Shown here piece after piece: positions 17,074-26,919 of a stretch of DNA of 64,000 bases. The position numbers and the translations under genes were made by a program. The notes below the pieces were generated by a model. It did no database searches. It was not told the origin of the DNA and saw nothing but the letters and a program-made list of their open reading frames with translations. This stretch comes from an uncultured virus (IMG/VR IMGVR_UViG_3300049215_000190). Taxonomy: Duplodnaviria > Heunggongvirae > Uroviricota > Caudoviricetes. How positions within the stretch are numbered: the stretch's first letter is position 1; each line of letters begins with the position of its first letter. The DNA is taken from IMG/VR virus record IMGVR_UViG_3300049215_000190; one strand, 5' to 3'.

Positions 17074-18663
17074 TTAATCCTCGCGTAACATTGTTCCTGC
17101 TTGGCGCATAACACGAGCTTGGAGGGTTCTGGCTTGCGCAGCGGTAACATAGTTTGGGTCCATTTCAATTCCGAGTATGCTTTTTGCCCCCAGGTCTTCG
17201 GCTGCGCGAAGTGCAGCGGCCGAGCCACAAGTAGGGTCTAGCACGTTTGTTGTTTCGTCTACGACCATAGATAAAAAGTGCCGAAGCATCGGTTCGGGTT
17301 TTTGGGATGGGTGGATTTTTTTACCGACAGTTGGCGCGGCGTATGAGTTCATGCCTGGCTTGGCCAGAGGGCGATTGCCGCGAACGGCAAGTAAAGCAGT
17401 ATCATAGGTTCTACGGGGATATGTTGTGGCGGTGCCAGGAACCACACCGAGTCCACCGCCGCCGCCGGGCGTTTTGTGCCAAACAAACGGATGATCGTGG
17501 ACAAAAAGTCCCGCAAGGCGAAGACGTTTCACGGTTTCAGTATAAAAGTTCATATTGAACCAGAATACCAAATGGGCCGAATACGACATCAGGCGATCAA
17601 GATTGGTTGTTAAAGCGTCTAGTAAATTCCAATAGATTTCCTCATGGTTGTCGTAAAAGTTTTCTGTTTCGGTTCCGCTTTGCGAGCTTTTGCTGTCGTC
17701 GCCTTTGTAATTGCCGTAAGGGAAATCGCAATGGATCAGCGAAAATTTTTGACCTTCGTAGGTCGATGCCCATTCAAGGAAGTTTGCGCAGATAATTGGC
17801 CCCTGTGGGGCTGTTTTGGCCTGCGTGGGGGCTGTTTTAGGCTGTTCTGGCACTACGCCAGCCGCTCTATCGGCTTCCATATGTTCAGGAGAATTTGACG
17901 CGTTTTGGGCAATATCATCAGCGCCGAGTGAAATTTCATCCAAATCGTAAGAATAAGTTTCGGTCACGGTATTATAGTGAAGATTTTTGTCTTCCACTAC
18001 GCTTACGGCTTTTGCTATAGTAAACTCGCCAAGGTCCGAGTCTTTTTCGCCCATGACGACGCTGATGTCGGTGCCCGAAAATACCACTTGACCATTGGCG
18101 ATAATATCAGACACGATGCTTTCGGCTTTGCGCTCTGCAAACTTTTGCAAAGTATTATACGCTTGCTCGATACTTTCAACATGGGCTATACGAGGCGAGT
18201 CCAAGCTGTCGTAAACACGAAGAATTTTGTGCAAATGTGTCTGGTGGATTGACAAATAGTTGCACGTATCTTCGATCTTCCAGCCTTTTGTTTGACTCTT
18301 TAGGATGCCGTGGAGACGGCCAACCGAGCGAACATGATCGCGCCAATGAAGGTCTTTGCGTTTTGCGTTTTCTTCAAGCTCGATAATCTCGGCTTGTGCA
18401 TCGCCTAGCGCCGTGAAGAACCGAACAGGAACCTTTTCCAAGCCAATAGCCAAAGCGGCTTGTAACCGACGTTCGCCAGCGATCAACAACGGCACACCGT
18501 CATAATAGCGCACAATTAACGGATTGATAATACCAATCGCCTCTATTGAAGCTTTTAGGTCTTCAAAGTCCGTTACATTAAGCTGGCGCTGACGAGTTTC
18601 GCGGCGGACAACGATGGTTTTCGGGTCTAGTTTATCATGGCTAGCTGCTGTGGCGATGGACAC
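17074..18663 (-). CDS. ParB-like domain fused to N6A/N4C DNA methyltransferase
   Basis: GIINPLIV..LIAGERRL.A and ELEEN..RKDL (ParB); DFPY, HPSQKP, VLDPTCGS (beta-class MTase order). Confidence 0.85.
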   Translation of the reverse strand: MSIATAASHDKLDPKTIVVRRETRQRQLNVTDFEDLKASIEAIGIINPLIVRYYDGVPLLIAGERRLQAALAIGLEKVPVRFFTALGDAQAEIIELEENAKRKDLHWRDHVRSVGRLHGILKSQTKGWKIEDTCNYLSIHQTHLHKILRVYDSLDSPRIAHVESIEQAYNTLQKFAERKAESIVSDIIANGQVVFSGTDISVVMGEKDSDLGEFTIAKAVSVVEDKNLHYNTVTETYSYDLDEISLGADDIAQNASNSPEHMEADRAAGVVPEQPKTAPTQAKTAPQGPIICANFLEWASTYEGQKFSLIHCDFPYGNYKGDDSKSSQSGTETENFYDNHEEIYWNLLDALTTNLDRLMSYSAHLVFWFNMNFYTETVKRLRLAGLFVHDHPFVWHKTPGGGGGLGVVPGTATTYPRRTYDTALLAVRGNRPLAKPGMNSYAAPTVGKKIHPSQKPEPMLRHFLSMVVDETTNVLDPTCGSAAALRAAEDLGAKSILGIEMDPNYVTAAQARTLQARVMRQAGTMLRED

Positions 18664-18682
18664 GGGTTAGGGTTCCTGTAGT

Positions 18683-18721
18683 TAGAGATATGGGCAAGGG
18701 TGAGGCTTTTATATATCTCTT
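18683..18721. repeat. 39-bp dispersed palindrome, copy 3
   Basis: TAGAGATAT GGGC AAGGG TGA GGCTT TTAT ATATCTCTT, 20 bp upstream of the ParB-MTase start. Confidence 0.9.
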
Positions 18722-18778
18722 ATACGTAAACGACGGGAAGCTGTTACACTTCCCGCCTTAGTTTACGAAAACAAAATG

Positions 18779-19219
18779 TTACTCGATGCCGACACCAACG
18801 ATGGTGCCGATATCGTTATACGTTTCGCTTCCGTCTTCGCTCTCACGCTGCGTTACCGAAAACATAACGCGAGAACCACGAAGCTCGGGAATACGTTCGT
18901 CGAATGAACGACCAGTGGTTTTGCCGAGCACCGAGTCCAGCATGTCAGACAACCGATAGAGCGAACCGGGCGTGATGTAGAAGTCACGCCGAAGTTCCCG
19001 CCGCGGCAGGTTGATGTCCTTGTTGGCACCTTCCGGCACGTCATCGGTTTCTTCCAAAGGGGTCAAGAGCAAACGCAAGAAAGGCGTTTGTTTTTGCCGC
19101 GAGGTTCCGAACTCGTGGTTCTTGATTTCTCCGATATAGTGCCCAGCGGCAATGGGCCGGGGGCGTTCAACGGCATCTGTTGCTTGTGAGAGAAGTTGGC
19201 GAAAGGTTGATGATGACAT
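18779..19219 (-). CDS. putative ssDNA-binding protein (DUF669-like)
   Basis: P.AGHY.G.I pattern; follows the AAA_24 ATPase. Confidence 0.55.
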   Translation of the reverse strand: MSSSTFRQLLSQATDAVERPRPIAAGHYIGEIKNHEFGTSRQKQTPFLRLLLTPLEETDDVPEGANKDINLPRRELRRDFYITPGSLYRLSDMLDSVLGKTTGRSFDERIPELRGSRVMFSVTQRESEDGSETYNDIGTIVGVGIE

Positions 19220-19266
19220 GGTGGGTTTTTGCCTAGGTGAGTGTAAGTCCGACTATTGTAGGCTAG

Positions 19267-20298
19267 TTAAGAAGCAGCGGTCGGCGTGCGCTGATCTATC
19301 GGTTTACTACCGGGCGCGGCTGGAGCCGCTGCGCGTTTAACGGTAGTGAAAGCTTCGGCAAAGCCCGGTGGCAGGGCTTGGCCGGTGATTTGTGAAAATA
19401 TAGTAGCAAGACCGTGGGTGACGGGATATTCACGTTCGAGAAAAACCGAGGCTTTCGCCATCACGCCTTCTTGCGGAACGGTGGATATAGTGCGTCGAAC
19501 GGCTGTGCCAGAACCTTCACTACGGACAACGAATGTGTCGTTGAAGTATTTTGGCATTTGTGGGGATAGCGCCCGCCCTATGGCTGAAGGATGACCATCG
19601 GGGTTAGAAAAGGTTTGTTGCCCATCGGCGCCAGTTTTGGGCCGCGAAGCAACTCCCGAGCTTTCATCCACCCATGTAATGTGCGATATTACAATTACGT
19701 TGCAAGTGACGATGGAGGAATATAGCAGCTCAAGCAAGCGAGTAAGCTGGCTTTGGGCTTCGCCGATATCACGCTGATAATCATAACCTTGGTCACGAGC
19801 GCCTAGGCGGCCGTTCATAGCTTGTGAAAAATAATAGGCGCATTTTGACAAGGTGGAAAAACTATCAATGACAAGAATGTCTTTTGGCCCCCAGGTTTGA
19901 ATAGCGCCGAGATTTACATCGCCTTCTTTCCAGTTGTCAAGCATGGTTAAAACTTTGGACCAAGCTTTTGAGTCAATCGGGGCTAGTAGGGTTTCGCTGG
20001 TGCTATTGCCGTTTGGCTGACGTGTTGTTATAGTGCGAAGCTTCATGGCAATGTCAACAGGTTCGTAGCGGACGGCATGGCGCAAGTCGATACCTTGGGA
20101 CGCAATAAGTTGAGCATACGGATATCGCACGTCGGTAAGTAAGCTGTGAAGTGGACGGATGCCTTTGTCCGTGTCCAGCATACGGATGTTGTAACCGGCG
20201 GCTACGAGTGATGCCAAGGCTCCAGTTTTTCCTGCTCCTGATTTGCCGATCAAGAGAATTTTGGCGGGTGATATTAAGTCGTCCATTATTGAAGCCAT
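19267..20298 (-). CDS. AAA_24 / Sak4-like recombination ATPase
   Basis: KILLIGKSGAGKT, LVIDSFS, VIVISH motifs. Confidence 0.75.
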   Translation of the reverse strand: MASIMDDLISPAKILLIGKSGAGKTGALASLVAAGYNIRMLDTDKGIRPLHSLLTDVRYPYAQLIASQGIDLRHAVRYEPVDIAMKLRTITTRQPNGNSTSETLLAPIDSKAWSKVLTMLDNWKEGDVNLGAIQTWGPKDILVIDSFSTLSKCAYYFSQAMNGRLGARDQGYDYQRDIGEAQSQLTRLLELLYSSIVTCNVIVISHITWVDESSGVASRPKTGADGQQTFSNPDGHPSAIGRALSPQMPKYFNDTFVVRSEGSGTAVRRTISTVPQEGVMAKASVFLEREYPVTHGLATIFSQITGQALPPGFAEAFTTVKRAAAPAAPGSKPIDQRTPTAAS

Positions 20299-20322
20299 AG
20301 GTGGTTTGTTCCTGCTTGGAGT

Positions 20323-21312
20323 TTAACCGGCAATTTCACGGATAGCTAGTGGATCCCAAGTGCGTTTCGTAAACATAGCGTCAAGATGCGCCTGACGGAG
20401 CGATGGGGAAAGCGAACACACGCCGCGGAATACGCAGCCAAGATACAACGAACATGCCGTGTCGTTTTGCGGCCAGTAGTTTTGTTCAATATAGGTTTCA
20501 TTTTGCCTAATAAACATAAGACTGTCGTTCGACCATTCCTCAAGCTGTGCGGTGTTGCGGGGTATTTGTGCTCGCTGGAAACGTGTGTATGTTACGCCGA
20601 CTTGCGCAGCGTCAATCACGATGCCGGCGATAGGTTCCGGGTTGATAATTTGGCCAGCAAAAGCGTATTGGGAAACTTGGTTGTTCGGCGAATATTGTGC
20701 GAAGTATTTTTCGTCTAGGGCTGATTTTGTGGTCTTGTAATCGGTTATCCACCCTTGGTCGTTAAACTCACCAGCACGGTCCAAATAGCCGCAAAGCAAG
20801 TATTCTTCGCCCGTCAGGCCCGAGGTTATGCCGAGGTTAATTCGGAACGACAGTTCGACCGCCGGTTTACCGTTGGCGAATATAACCGTCTTCATACTAT
20901 CGTCTTTGAACTTGTCGAGATACCATATGACCGAGCGTACTAGGGTTTCGCGGGTCTTTGTTGGTTCGTCACTTGTCCAAGGTCTGCCCAGCTTTTCGTC
21001 CCAGGTTTCCGTGAGCGCATAGCGCAAAGCTTCTATCACGGCGGTTTCATAGTCTTTGCCTTCGGCTTCGGCCTTGTGGAACATAACTAGCGCGTTGTTG
21101 TATTCTGTGCCGAACCGTAGGTGGGGACTTTCGCCTCGACCACTGTAGCCCTCGATAATGGAATATTGATAGTAGCGTGGGCAGCGTTTGAGCGAGCCTA
21201 GGCTTGTGCTGTCCCAAGCAAGCTGAAGTTTTGTGTTAACACGGGAAAAACTCAAGCGAACGTATGGCTCGGTTTTACCTTCTGTATTAACATCGCGCGG
21301 ATTATTGGACAT
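20323..21312 (-). CDS. PD-(D/E)XK (RecB/Cas4-like) exonuclease
   Basis: CPRYY, GYLDR, DYKTT, Q..QY, C-terminal C...GC.F..VC. Confidence 0.85.
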   Translation of the reverse strand: MSNNPRDVNTEGKTEPYVRLSFSRVNTKLQLAWDSTSLGSLKRCPRYYQYSIIEGYSGRGESPHLRFGTEYNNALVMFHKAEAEGKDYETAVIEALRYALTETWDEKLGRPWTSDEPTKTRETLVRSVIWYLDKFKDDSMKTVIFANGKPAVELSFRINLGITSGLTGEEYLLCGYLDRAGEFNDQGWITDYKTTKSALDEKYFAQYSPNNQVSQYAFAGQIINPEPIAGIVIDAAQVGVTYTRFQRAQIPRNTAQLEEWSNDSLMFIRQNETYIEQNYWPQNDTACSLYLGCVFRGVCSLSPSLRQAHLDAMFTKRTWDPLAIREIAG

Positions 21313-21333
21313 CGGGTTGGTCCTTCAGAAAAC

Positions 21334-21642
21334 TTAGAAAAGATCGCCTATGGCGTTCATGCTTTGCATGGCGTCGGCAACAGAAGTTGGCGCGGGTTTT
21401 TTCGCGGCCGCGGTTCCTGGCTTAGCCCTTGGAGCTTTGTTTTGGCTCTCGATGATAAACCGACCCCGTTCCTTGCGATAGTATTCGATCATAGCAGTTA
21501 GGTCTTCGTCCGTAATATCTTGCGGCCGAGTGTTGAACAGTTTGTTAATCCGTTCCCCTATCAGCGTGTTTATGCTGCCAGCCTCGGCTTCCGTCAAGGG
21601 GCTGATTTCGGGCTCAAGGATGGATTTTTCATCATCCGACAT
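21334..21642 (-). CDS. hypothetical protein (C-terminal DLF)
   Basis: AAGGAAC RBS; operon context. Confidence 0.7.
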   Translation of the reverse strand: MSDDEKSILEPEISPLTEAEAGSINTLIGERINKLFNTRPQDITDEDLTAMIEYYRKERGRFIIESQNKAPRAKPGTAAAKKPAPTSVADAMQSMNAIGDLF

Positions 21643-21654
21643 CGGTTTGTTCCT

Positions 21655-21849
21655 TTAGCTTTGCGCTTCTAGCTTGTCGATTTCGGCGGCGGCTTTGGCG
21701 TCTACTTGGCGCAAATAGCTTCGGATAATTGTCCGTATTGCTGCGTTGACGCCGACATCGCGGCTATATAATGCCGTAAGTTTGTTGTGATCGGCCTTGA
21801 AAAGCCGAACCTGAATGGGCACAAGTTCTTCTTCCGTTATCTTGGGCAT
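21655..21849 (-). CDS. putative ribbon-helix-helix DNA-binding protein
   Basis: MPKITEE start overlaps the upstream stop; IQVRL strand followed by two predicted helices. Confidence 0.5.
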   Translation of the reverse strand: MPKITEEELVPIQVRLFKADHNKLTALYSRDVGVNAAIRTIIRSYLRQVDAKAAAEIDKLEAQS

Positions 21850-22109
21850 TATATCATATCCATAGATGTCAGTGTTACGGACGTTGCCGATGCTTTTCGG
21901 CGGCGAATAAGCCAAAGTTCGTTTTCTGTATTATCAGGCGACACTCGGATTTGAATGTCTTCGTATATCGTGTCACCGAGTTCTTTGCGGAAATTATAAA
22001 TGGCTTGGCGCGCTTTGGTCGGGTTGTTGGTGCGGACAGCGATGCCTATGTCCGACTCTAGCGCGGCTTGTAGCACGGCATAACACTGCATTTCTTGGGC
22101 ACTTGGCAT
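21849..22109 (-). CDS. hypothetical protein
   Basis: Operon context; weak similarity to the 22759 ORF (R.A.Y.FRK). Confidence 0.6.
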   Translation of the reverse strand: MPSAQEMQCYAVLQAALESDIGIAVRTNNPTKARQAIYNFRKELGDTIYEDIQIRVSPDNTENELWLIRRRKASATSVTLTSMDMI

Positions 22110-22113
22110 ATAT

Positions 22114-22299
22114 TTAGCCTTTCAGCAAATTGTATTCGTCAAGCCACACCATGCCCGCGGCACGGATATTTTTGGCGTCTTTTGTGCGCCCAAGATCGGA
22201 GAATTTCTCCGCGAGTTCCATACATTGCTCGAAGTTGTTTTCAGCAATCATAAGGCGAACATCTGTAATGGAAGTTTTTGGTTTTTCTTTACGCGTCAT
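22114..22299 (-). CDS. hypothetical protein
   Basis: AAGGA RBS. Confidence 0.55.
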   Translation of the reverse strand: MTRKEKPKTSITDVRLMIAENNFEQCMELAEKFSDLGRTKDAKNIRAAGMVWLDEYNLLKG

Positions 22300-22324
22300 G
22301 GTGAGTTTTTCCTTCGTTTATGTT

Positions 22325-22759
22325 TCATATTGGCAATGCCGCTGCACGATGGCGAGCTTCAACGCGAATGCGGGCCTTTTCTACTATGGCGGGCATAGAG
22401 TCAACCAACGCTCTTGCGTGCGTGTCGATACCTTTCGGCGGCGAGATGCCCTCTGCGGCCATTCGAGAGATAATCAAAGTCCGAGCTATTTCAATCGCCT
22501 CTACCAAAATGGGATCGTCATCGTCTGCGTCTTCCGCGATATTATATGGCGTTAGTTCTTGCGCTGCAAGTTCTTCGGCCTTTGCCTGCATACTTTGCGC
22601 GTCAATTTCGCCGCGGTCTTTGAGCCAGCGCAACTTGGCCGAAAGGCGCTTTAGCCATATGTTATGCAAAATCCTTGCCGGTATTTCGCCTATGGTGTCG
22701 CCGGCGGCGAAACGCCTCGGAAGCACTACGGCAAGATTATTGATAAAAACGGTAGCCAT
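22325..22759 (-). CDS. hypothetical protein, likely paralog of 33775..34542
   Basis: V.LPRRFAAGDTIGEIPARIL versus V.VPVKFYAGMQINATEARIL. Confidence 0.65.
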   Translation of the reverse strand: MATVFINNLAVVLPRRFAAGDTIGEIPARILHNIWLKRLSAKLRWLKDRGEIDAQSMQAKAEELAAQELTPYNIAEDADDDDPILVEAIEIARTLIISRMAAEGISPPKGIDTHARALVDSMPAIVEKARIRVEARHRAAALPI

Positions 22760-23001
22760 CAGGGTTGACCCTCCGACACGATAGAAACAACAGGAACGAC
22801 GGATTTGCGTAAAATCACGGAGTTTCCTTCTAATGACAATGACAAGTCTTGGCCCACATTTTTATTTTTTCTAAAAGAATATACAGCGTAGCGAAATAAC
22901 CGCGCATCTTCCGCTGTTTCCAGATCGGCTTTAGCTTGACCTGTGGCCGAGCCCAAGGCGATAAATTCCCGGATAGTATCTTGAGGCCAAGATTTATGCA
23001 T
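22759..23001 (-). CDS. hypothetical protein
   Basis: Probable start MHKSWPQ just after the HIRAN gene stop; start position approximate. Confidence 0.5.
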   Translation of the reverse strand: MHKSWPQDTIREFIALGSATGQAKADLETAEDARLFRYAVYSFRKNKNVGQDLSLSLEGNSVILRKSVVPVVSIVSEGQP

Positions 23002-23005
23002 AAGA

Positions 23006-23392
23006 TTATAGAACCTCGTGATGAAATTTAATTTGGGGTTTGCCGTTTGAGGCGAGCCCAAATTCCACATCAAGTATGGAGTCGAGTGGAACGACGTTTT
23101 GAGCGCGAAGCTGCGCGGCGAAGTTTTTTGGCACATAGCCGAGATGCCATTGTTCTTGCGCTAGAAACTGGTCCAATGTGAGACCGAAGTTCGGTAGTTC
23201 GACTTCAAGCTTGTGATGAGCCGAAGCTGGAATGTCTTCCGACACGATCCAGACTGCCACGGCGTTAGCGTCGAATTGGTTGTCAGGCTCTGCGCAAAGA
23301 AACAATTTTGCACCGATGGGCAAGCTGTCGCATACGAGTTGAGCGGGTGGGCGAAAGAAACTGCCGACAAGCGGCAAAGTTGAATACGGCAT
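23006..23392 (-). CDS. HIRAN-domain protein
   Basis: EPDNQFDANAVAV and HLGYVPK motifs. Confidence 0.85.
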   Translation of the reverse strand: MPYSTLPLVGSFFRPPAQLVCDSLPIGAKLFLCAEPDNQFDANAVAVWIVSEDIPASAHHKLEVELPNFGLTLDQFLAQEQWHLGYVPKNFAAQLRAQNVVPLDSILDVEFGLASNGKPQIKFHHEVL

Positions 23393-23414
23393 AAGTTGCG
23401 TTCCTTGGTTTGGG

Positions 23415-23780
23415 TTAAAACAGATCGTTTAAGGCCGAAAGTTCGGTAACAACCATTTTGTCCGGCTTTGGTTTTTCCTGCGATGTTTGCCGTTGGGATG
23501 GAACCCGATCTTGCCAGTCGAAATACGTGCGAAGCACTTCTTCGGGGTTTTCTTGGTAAGCTTTGAAGAATTTACCGAGAAGATCGAATGGCAAATAAGT
23601 CTTATGTTGGCGATACATACGATCGGCACCGGGTTCAAGGACGCGAAGAAAAACCGAAAGCCTAGCAGTGTTTCTGTCTTCGGGATAAACCAAAACGACA
23701 GGCACCGCCGAGCCCTCAAGGAGAATTTTGGGCGTTCCGTTTGATGTTAAGCGCGGCCGGTTGGGATCGTAGAGTTCCAT
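23415..23780 (-). CDS. hypothetical protein (C-terminal ALNDLF)
   Basis: Overlapping start/stop with the upstream ORF. Confidence 0.65.
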   Translation of the reverse strand: MELYDPNRPRLTSNGTPKILLEGSAVPVVLVYPEDRNTARLSVFLRVLEPGADRMYRQHKTYLPFDLLGKFFKAYQENPEEVLRTYFDWQDRVPSQRQTSQEKPKPDKMVVTELSALNDLF

Positions 23781-24040
23781 CAGAACCTCACCGTTATAAT
23801 ATTATCGACATAAATTTTATCTATGTCGTGGTAGTCGCACATAGCACAGCAAAATAAAGTCCGATACCAAGTGCGGCCCCGAATGTTTTTGTCGTTGTAT
23901 GTTTGCGCGTCTTTTATCCGCCAATCGTGCGCGCATGAAAAGCGCTGGGCTACAGGTTGATGGTATTTCTGTTTTGCGGGAAAGGTTTTTGTCTGTTTGG
24001 TTTCGGGCATAGGTATAAGCCTTGGAGGATAGGAACGCAT
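23780..24040 (-). CDS. small Cys/His-containing hypothetical protein
   Basis: C.H.W...CCAMC pattern; start uncertain. Confidence 0.45.
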   Translation of the reverse strand: MRSYPPRLIPMPETKQTKTFPAKQKYHQPVAQRFSCAHDWRIKDAQTYNDKNIRGRTWYRTLFCCAMCDYHDIDKIYVDNIITVRF

Positions 24041-24139
24041 AGTGCTATTGGCCTATTGTAGGAGTGGAACACGATAGGCGCAAGGAACCATCTAAGGTAA
24101 TCACAGAATGATATATGCCTAAATGGTGGGGGATTGCGA

Positions 24140-24178
24140 CAGAGATACAGGAAAGGGGGACCCTTGCGCATATACCTA
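24140..24178. repeat. 39-bp dispersed palindrome, copy 4
   Basis: CAGAGATAC AGGA AAGGG GGA CCCTT GCGC ATATACCTA. Confidence 0.9.
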
Positions 24179-24200
24179 CCGCAATCCATTACGCTATGTT

Positions 24201-25493
24201 CTAGTCTTTTGGTTCTTCTTTTGCTTTGTTTTCCGTTAGACTAGGTAGGCCAAGAGAAAGAATAATAGCAGACAGCTTTCCGGTATCATACTTAGCTAGC
24301 AAAACCATCAGGCGGACAAAATCCTTCTCAATTCTGAAAGGGTCATAATGCAAATTGCCCTCAAAATAACAAAGTTGCAATACGTGCAATATTAGTGCAG
24401 GGTTGTTGAACAATTTGTCGCCGACGTAAAGCGTGTTTTCGATCAAAATAGCTTCATATGGGCTTTCTGGGTCCATAACCGCTAGACGGATTGCTTCATA
24501 GGGCCAAGGAAAGCCGAAAGAAGTTAGCAGGGTTTTGATAGAATTTACGCGAGTATATTGTGCGTCAGTCATAGGAAGCGGAACTGGGATGTAGTCTTTT
24601 TTATAAAGTGACCGAGCGCGTTTTCTTGCGCTTTCATTTATGTTTTTGTGTAGCCGGTTTAGCTTGATGGTTTCGCGGAAGATTTCGGACATAGTTTCTA
24701 CGTAGTCAAACGACCACGAGTATTCCCAAGTAGTGTAATAGGTCAAAAGAACCTTTTCTGCAATTTCTCTGTTGTCTGTTTTTGCAACGGAGTTAATTAT
24801 AGACCACTGGCAAGAATAAAGATCAAGTGTGCGGTCTTCGGTCAAACGACATTCATGCTTGATATTATACGTATAAGCTAGTTTGCGGTTTACTACCGTG
24901 GCAACGCGAATACCGCGATAGAATATTGCCCCATCTTCGCGCGGCGGATAAATTTCTAATTCTTTCGACGCCCAAATAGGTTCACCTGTGATGAAATATT
25001 TGTCAAACTGTTCATGGACTTCTTCCAACTCGGCACAATCAACAATGATAGACGTAAACGGGGGTTTATATTGGCGTTTGACTTCGCCGTTTGCGAATTT
25101 TATATAATCCACAAAACCGTTTTCGTCCATCGCATTAGATCGAAGTTCGCGATATAGCATCCAAGGTTGCCAATGAGCGCCGAGTTCCGTGGTAAAACCA
25201 AGTGTAACACTTTGGCTTTCTTCTTTGGGGTATTCTGATATTTCCATGTGGATTAGGTGAAAGGTTTTGCCGCGAATGGTTTCAGGCACAGCTATGAAAT
25301 CATAACGGTTTGCAAAACCCTTTTCGTCTTCAGTTTCGACGTAAATACGGCCGCCTAAGCGCAAAATGCCCGCAATGGCGTATTTTAGTCCGGTGCCAAA
25401 CTGGCCGATTGAGTTTGCGCCGGTTTTTACATTGACACCGAACGTGATAGCCGAGCGGATGTCAAGAGCACCAGGGTTTGCGAAGTGAAGCAT
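24201..25493 (-). CDS. GHKL/HATPase-like protein with permuted motif order
   Basis: IGQFGTGLK near the N-terminus; RELRSNAMDE later. Confidence 0.7.
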   Translation of the reverse strand: MLHFANPGALDIRSAITFGVNVKTGANSIGQFGTGLKYAIAGILRLGGRIYVETEDEKGFANRYDFIAVPETIRGKTFHLIHMEISEYPKEESQSVTLGFTTELGAHWQPWMLYRELRSNAMDENGFVDYIKFANGEVKRQYKPPFTSIIVDCAELEEVHEQFDKYFITGEPIWASKELEIYPPREDGAIFYRGIRVATVVNRKLAYTYNIKHECRLTEDRTLDLYSCQWSIINSVAKTDNREIAEKVLLTYYTTWEYSWSFDYVETMSEIFRETIKLNRLHKNINESARKRARSLYKKDYIPVPLPMTDAQYTRVNSIKTLLTSFGFPWPYEAIRLAVMDPESPYEAILIENTLYVGDKLFNNPALILHVLQLCYFEGNLHYDPFRIEKDFVRLMVLLAKYDTGKLSAIILSLGLPSLTENKAKEEPKD

Positions 25494-25833
25494 TGGGTTG
25501 TTCCTTTGTTGCGTAGCGGGGTTATGGTAGCATGAGAGCAGGTATATGTCTACTTAGTTTAGTGTAACAAATTGTAACAGGGCCGAGATTATGATTTGCT
25601 ATTAATCGGTCATTGCAGCTATCGTGGAAAACGTGGGCGCATCTTCCAATCCTTTTATTCTCTGATCACGGAACCACGCCATCCAAGCGCGGTATTCCAC
25701 TTCATCCGTCAAAACGAACTGCAAAAGATATCCATCCTCGCAGCTTCCTCCAATTGGCGGGACGGCGGTGGTTTCAGGTTCGGTCACGCCGCATCTCTTT
25801 CCCGGTAAGCTAACTCCCGGCGGCACTGTTCTG

Positions 25834-26346
25834 TCATAGTGTTGTTCCTTTCGTTTTTGTTTCAAGTTCAAGTTCGCCTTGGGTTTTTACGGAGCTTTCA
25901 ATCAGTTGGCCCATGAGACGGCGACATTCTACATCGCACCAGGAATTGACCGCGTTTCTGGGCGTTTGTGTTCCCTTGTGGCCTTTGACGTGGCGTAGGT
26001 CGAGACGCCAAGCTTCGGTTTTTACTATTTCTAATATGTATTTTGTCGCTTGATTGGAGTATAGACGAATGTGGTTGCCCGAACGTATGGCGTGGATTGC
26101 TTCTACGCTGTCGGTTTGCGCTATAATTCTGCTACCTGCGGGTGGAGCAAGTTTCAACTTAATGGCTTTTAGGCCGTTTGCTATCGCCGCGAGTTCGCCA
26201 TCGCCGGATTGACTAACCGACTGTTTGACGATGCCCGAGTAACGTAAGGTTTTTCCGTCACATTTAAACCACGCGGCCCAAGTTGCTCGGTTTAATTTGC
26301 GATTGAAAGACGAGTCGGTAAACATAGTAATTAGCATGGTGGCCAT
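25834..26346 (-). CDS. ribonuclease H-like protein
   Basis: FTDSS, ELAAI, TDS, HVKGH, N.WCD motifs. Confidence 0.85.
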   Translation of the reverse strand: MATMLITMFTDSSFNRKLNRATWAAWFKCDGKTLRYSGIVKQSVSQSGDGELAAIANGLKAIKLKLAPPAGSRIIAQTDSVEAIHAIRSGNHIRLYSNQATKYILEIVKTEAWRLDLRHVKGHKGTQTPRNAVNSWCDVECRRLMGQLIESSVKTQGELELETKTKGTTL

Positions 26347-26732
26347 ACTCCGTCAATTTGTGCATATGGTTTCCAGTAATCGAGGGCAATAAGCCTATGA
26401 GTCACGGAATTTTTACGTTGAAGTATCTGTGCCATGTATCTGTGACTGCCGTCGATTAAAATAGCACAATCTTCGGGCATATGGACCGACAAACATGGTT
26501 CGTCAATCCGAGGAGCTTTTATCTGATTGACGTAAGACATGACTAAATCACGCTCTGGGAGCCGTTTTAAGACCCATGGGGCATCTATGGGAACTGTTAT
26601 ATTCTTATAGGGCAAGCGGCCAGCCTCGATAGCGTTTAGCATGTCGGTAACGGCGAATTTTATACGTGTTTTGCCGTCTTCGTTATTCCACTCAAACATT
26701 TCTACAAGCCTAAAAGCTTTTATACTGTTCAT
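26331..26732 (-). CDS. small ParB/Srx-like domain protein
   Basis: LIDGSHRY motif. Confidence 0.5.
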   Translation of the reverse strand: MNSIKAFRLVEMFEWNNEDGKTRIKFAVTDMLNAIEAGRLPYKNITVPIDAPWVLKRLPERDLVMSYVNQIKAPRIDEPCLSVHMPEDCAILIDGSHRYMAQILQRKNSVTHRLIALDYWKPYAQIDGVWPPC

Positions 26733-26919
26733 AGTAGGTTTCCTCGCGTTGTAGTGACGGATGTTTGCCTAGTTTGAGGCGATGAGCCCGACCAATTACC
26801 ATGTTTTTATTACGAATTAGACGTTGGCCGATGATTGATGTCGGCGTAGCTTGTCGCCATAGACGAATTAGTATTTTATCTTCGTGCTCGGCCCAAAAAC
26901 TTTGGTTTCTCTTTGTCAT
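26710..26919 (-). CDS. GcrA-like N-terminal HTH protein
   Basis: W....L..LW.....S.I...L...KN.VIGRAHRL.L signature. Confidence 0.75.
   Translation of the reverse strand: MTKRNQSFWAEHEDKILIRLWRQATPTSIIGQRLIRNKNMVIGRAHRLKLGKHPSLQREETYYEQYKSF

Noticed and set aside
20323..21312. Cas4 as a sign of a CRISPR system
   Set aside because: Sits in an exonuclease/ATPase/SSB recombination module; no array or other cas genes
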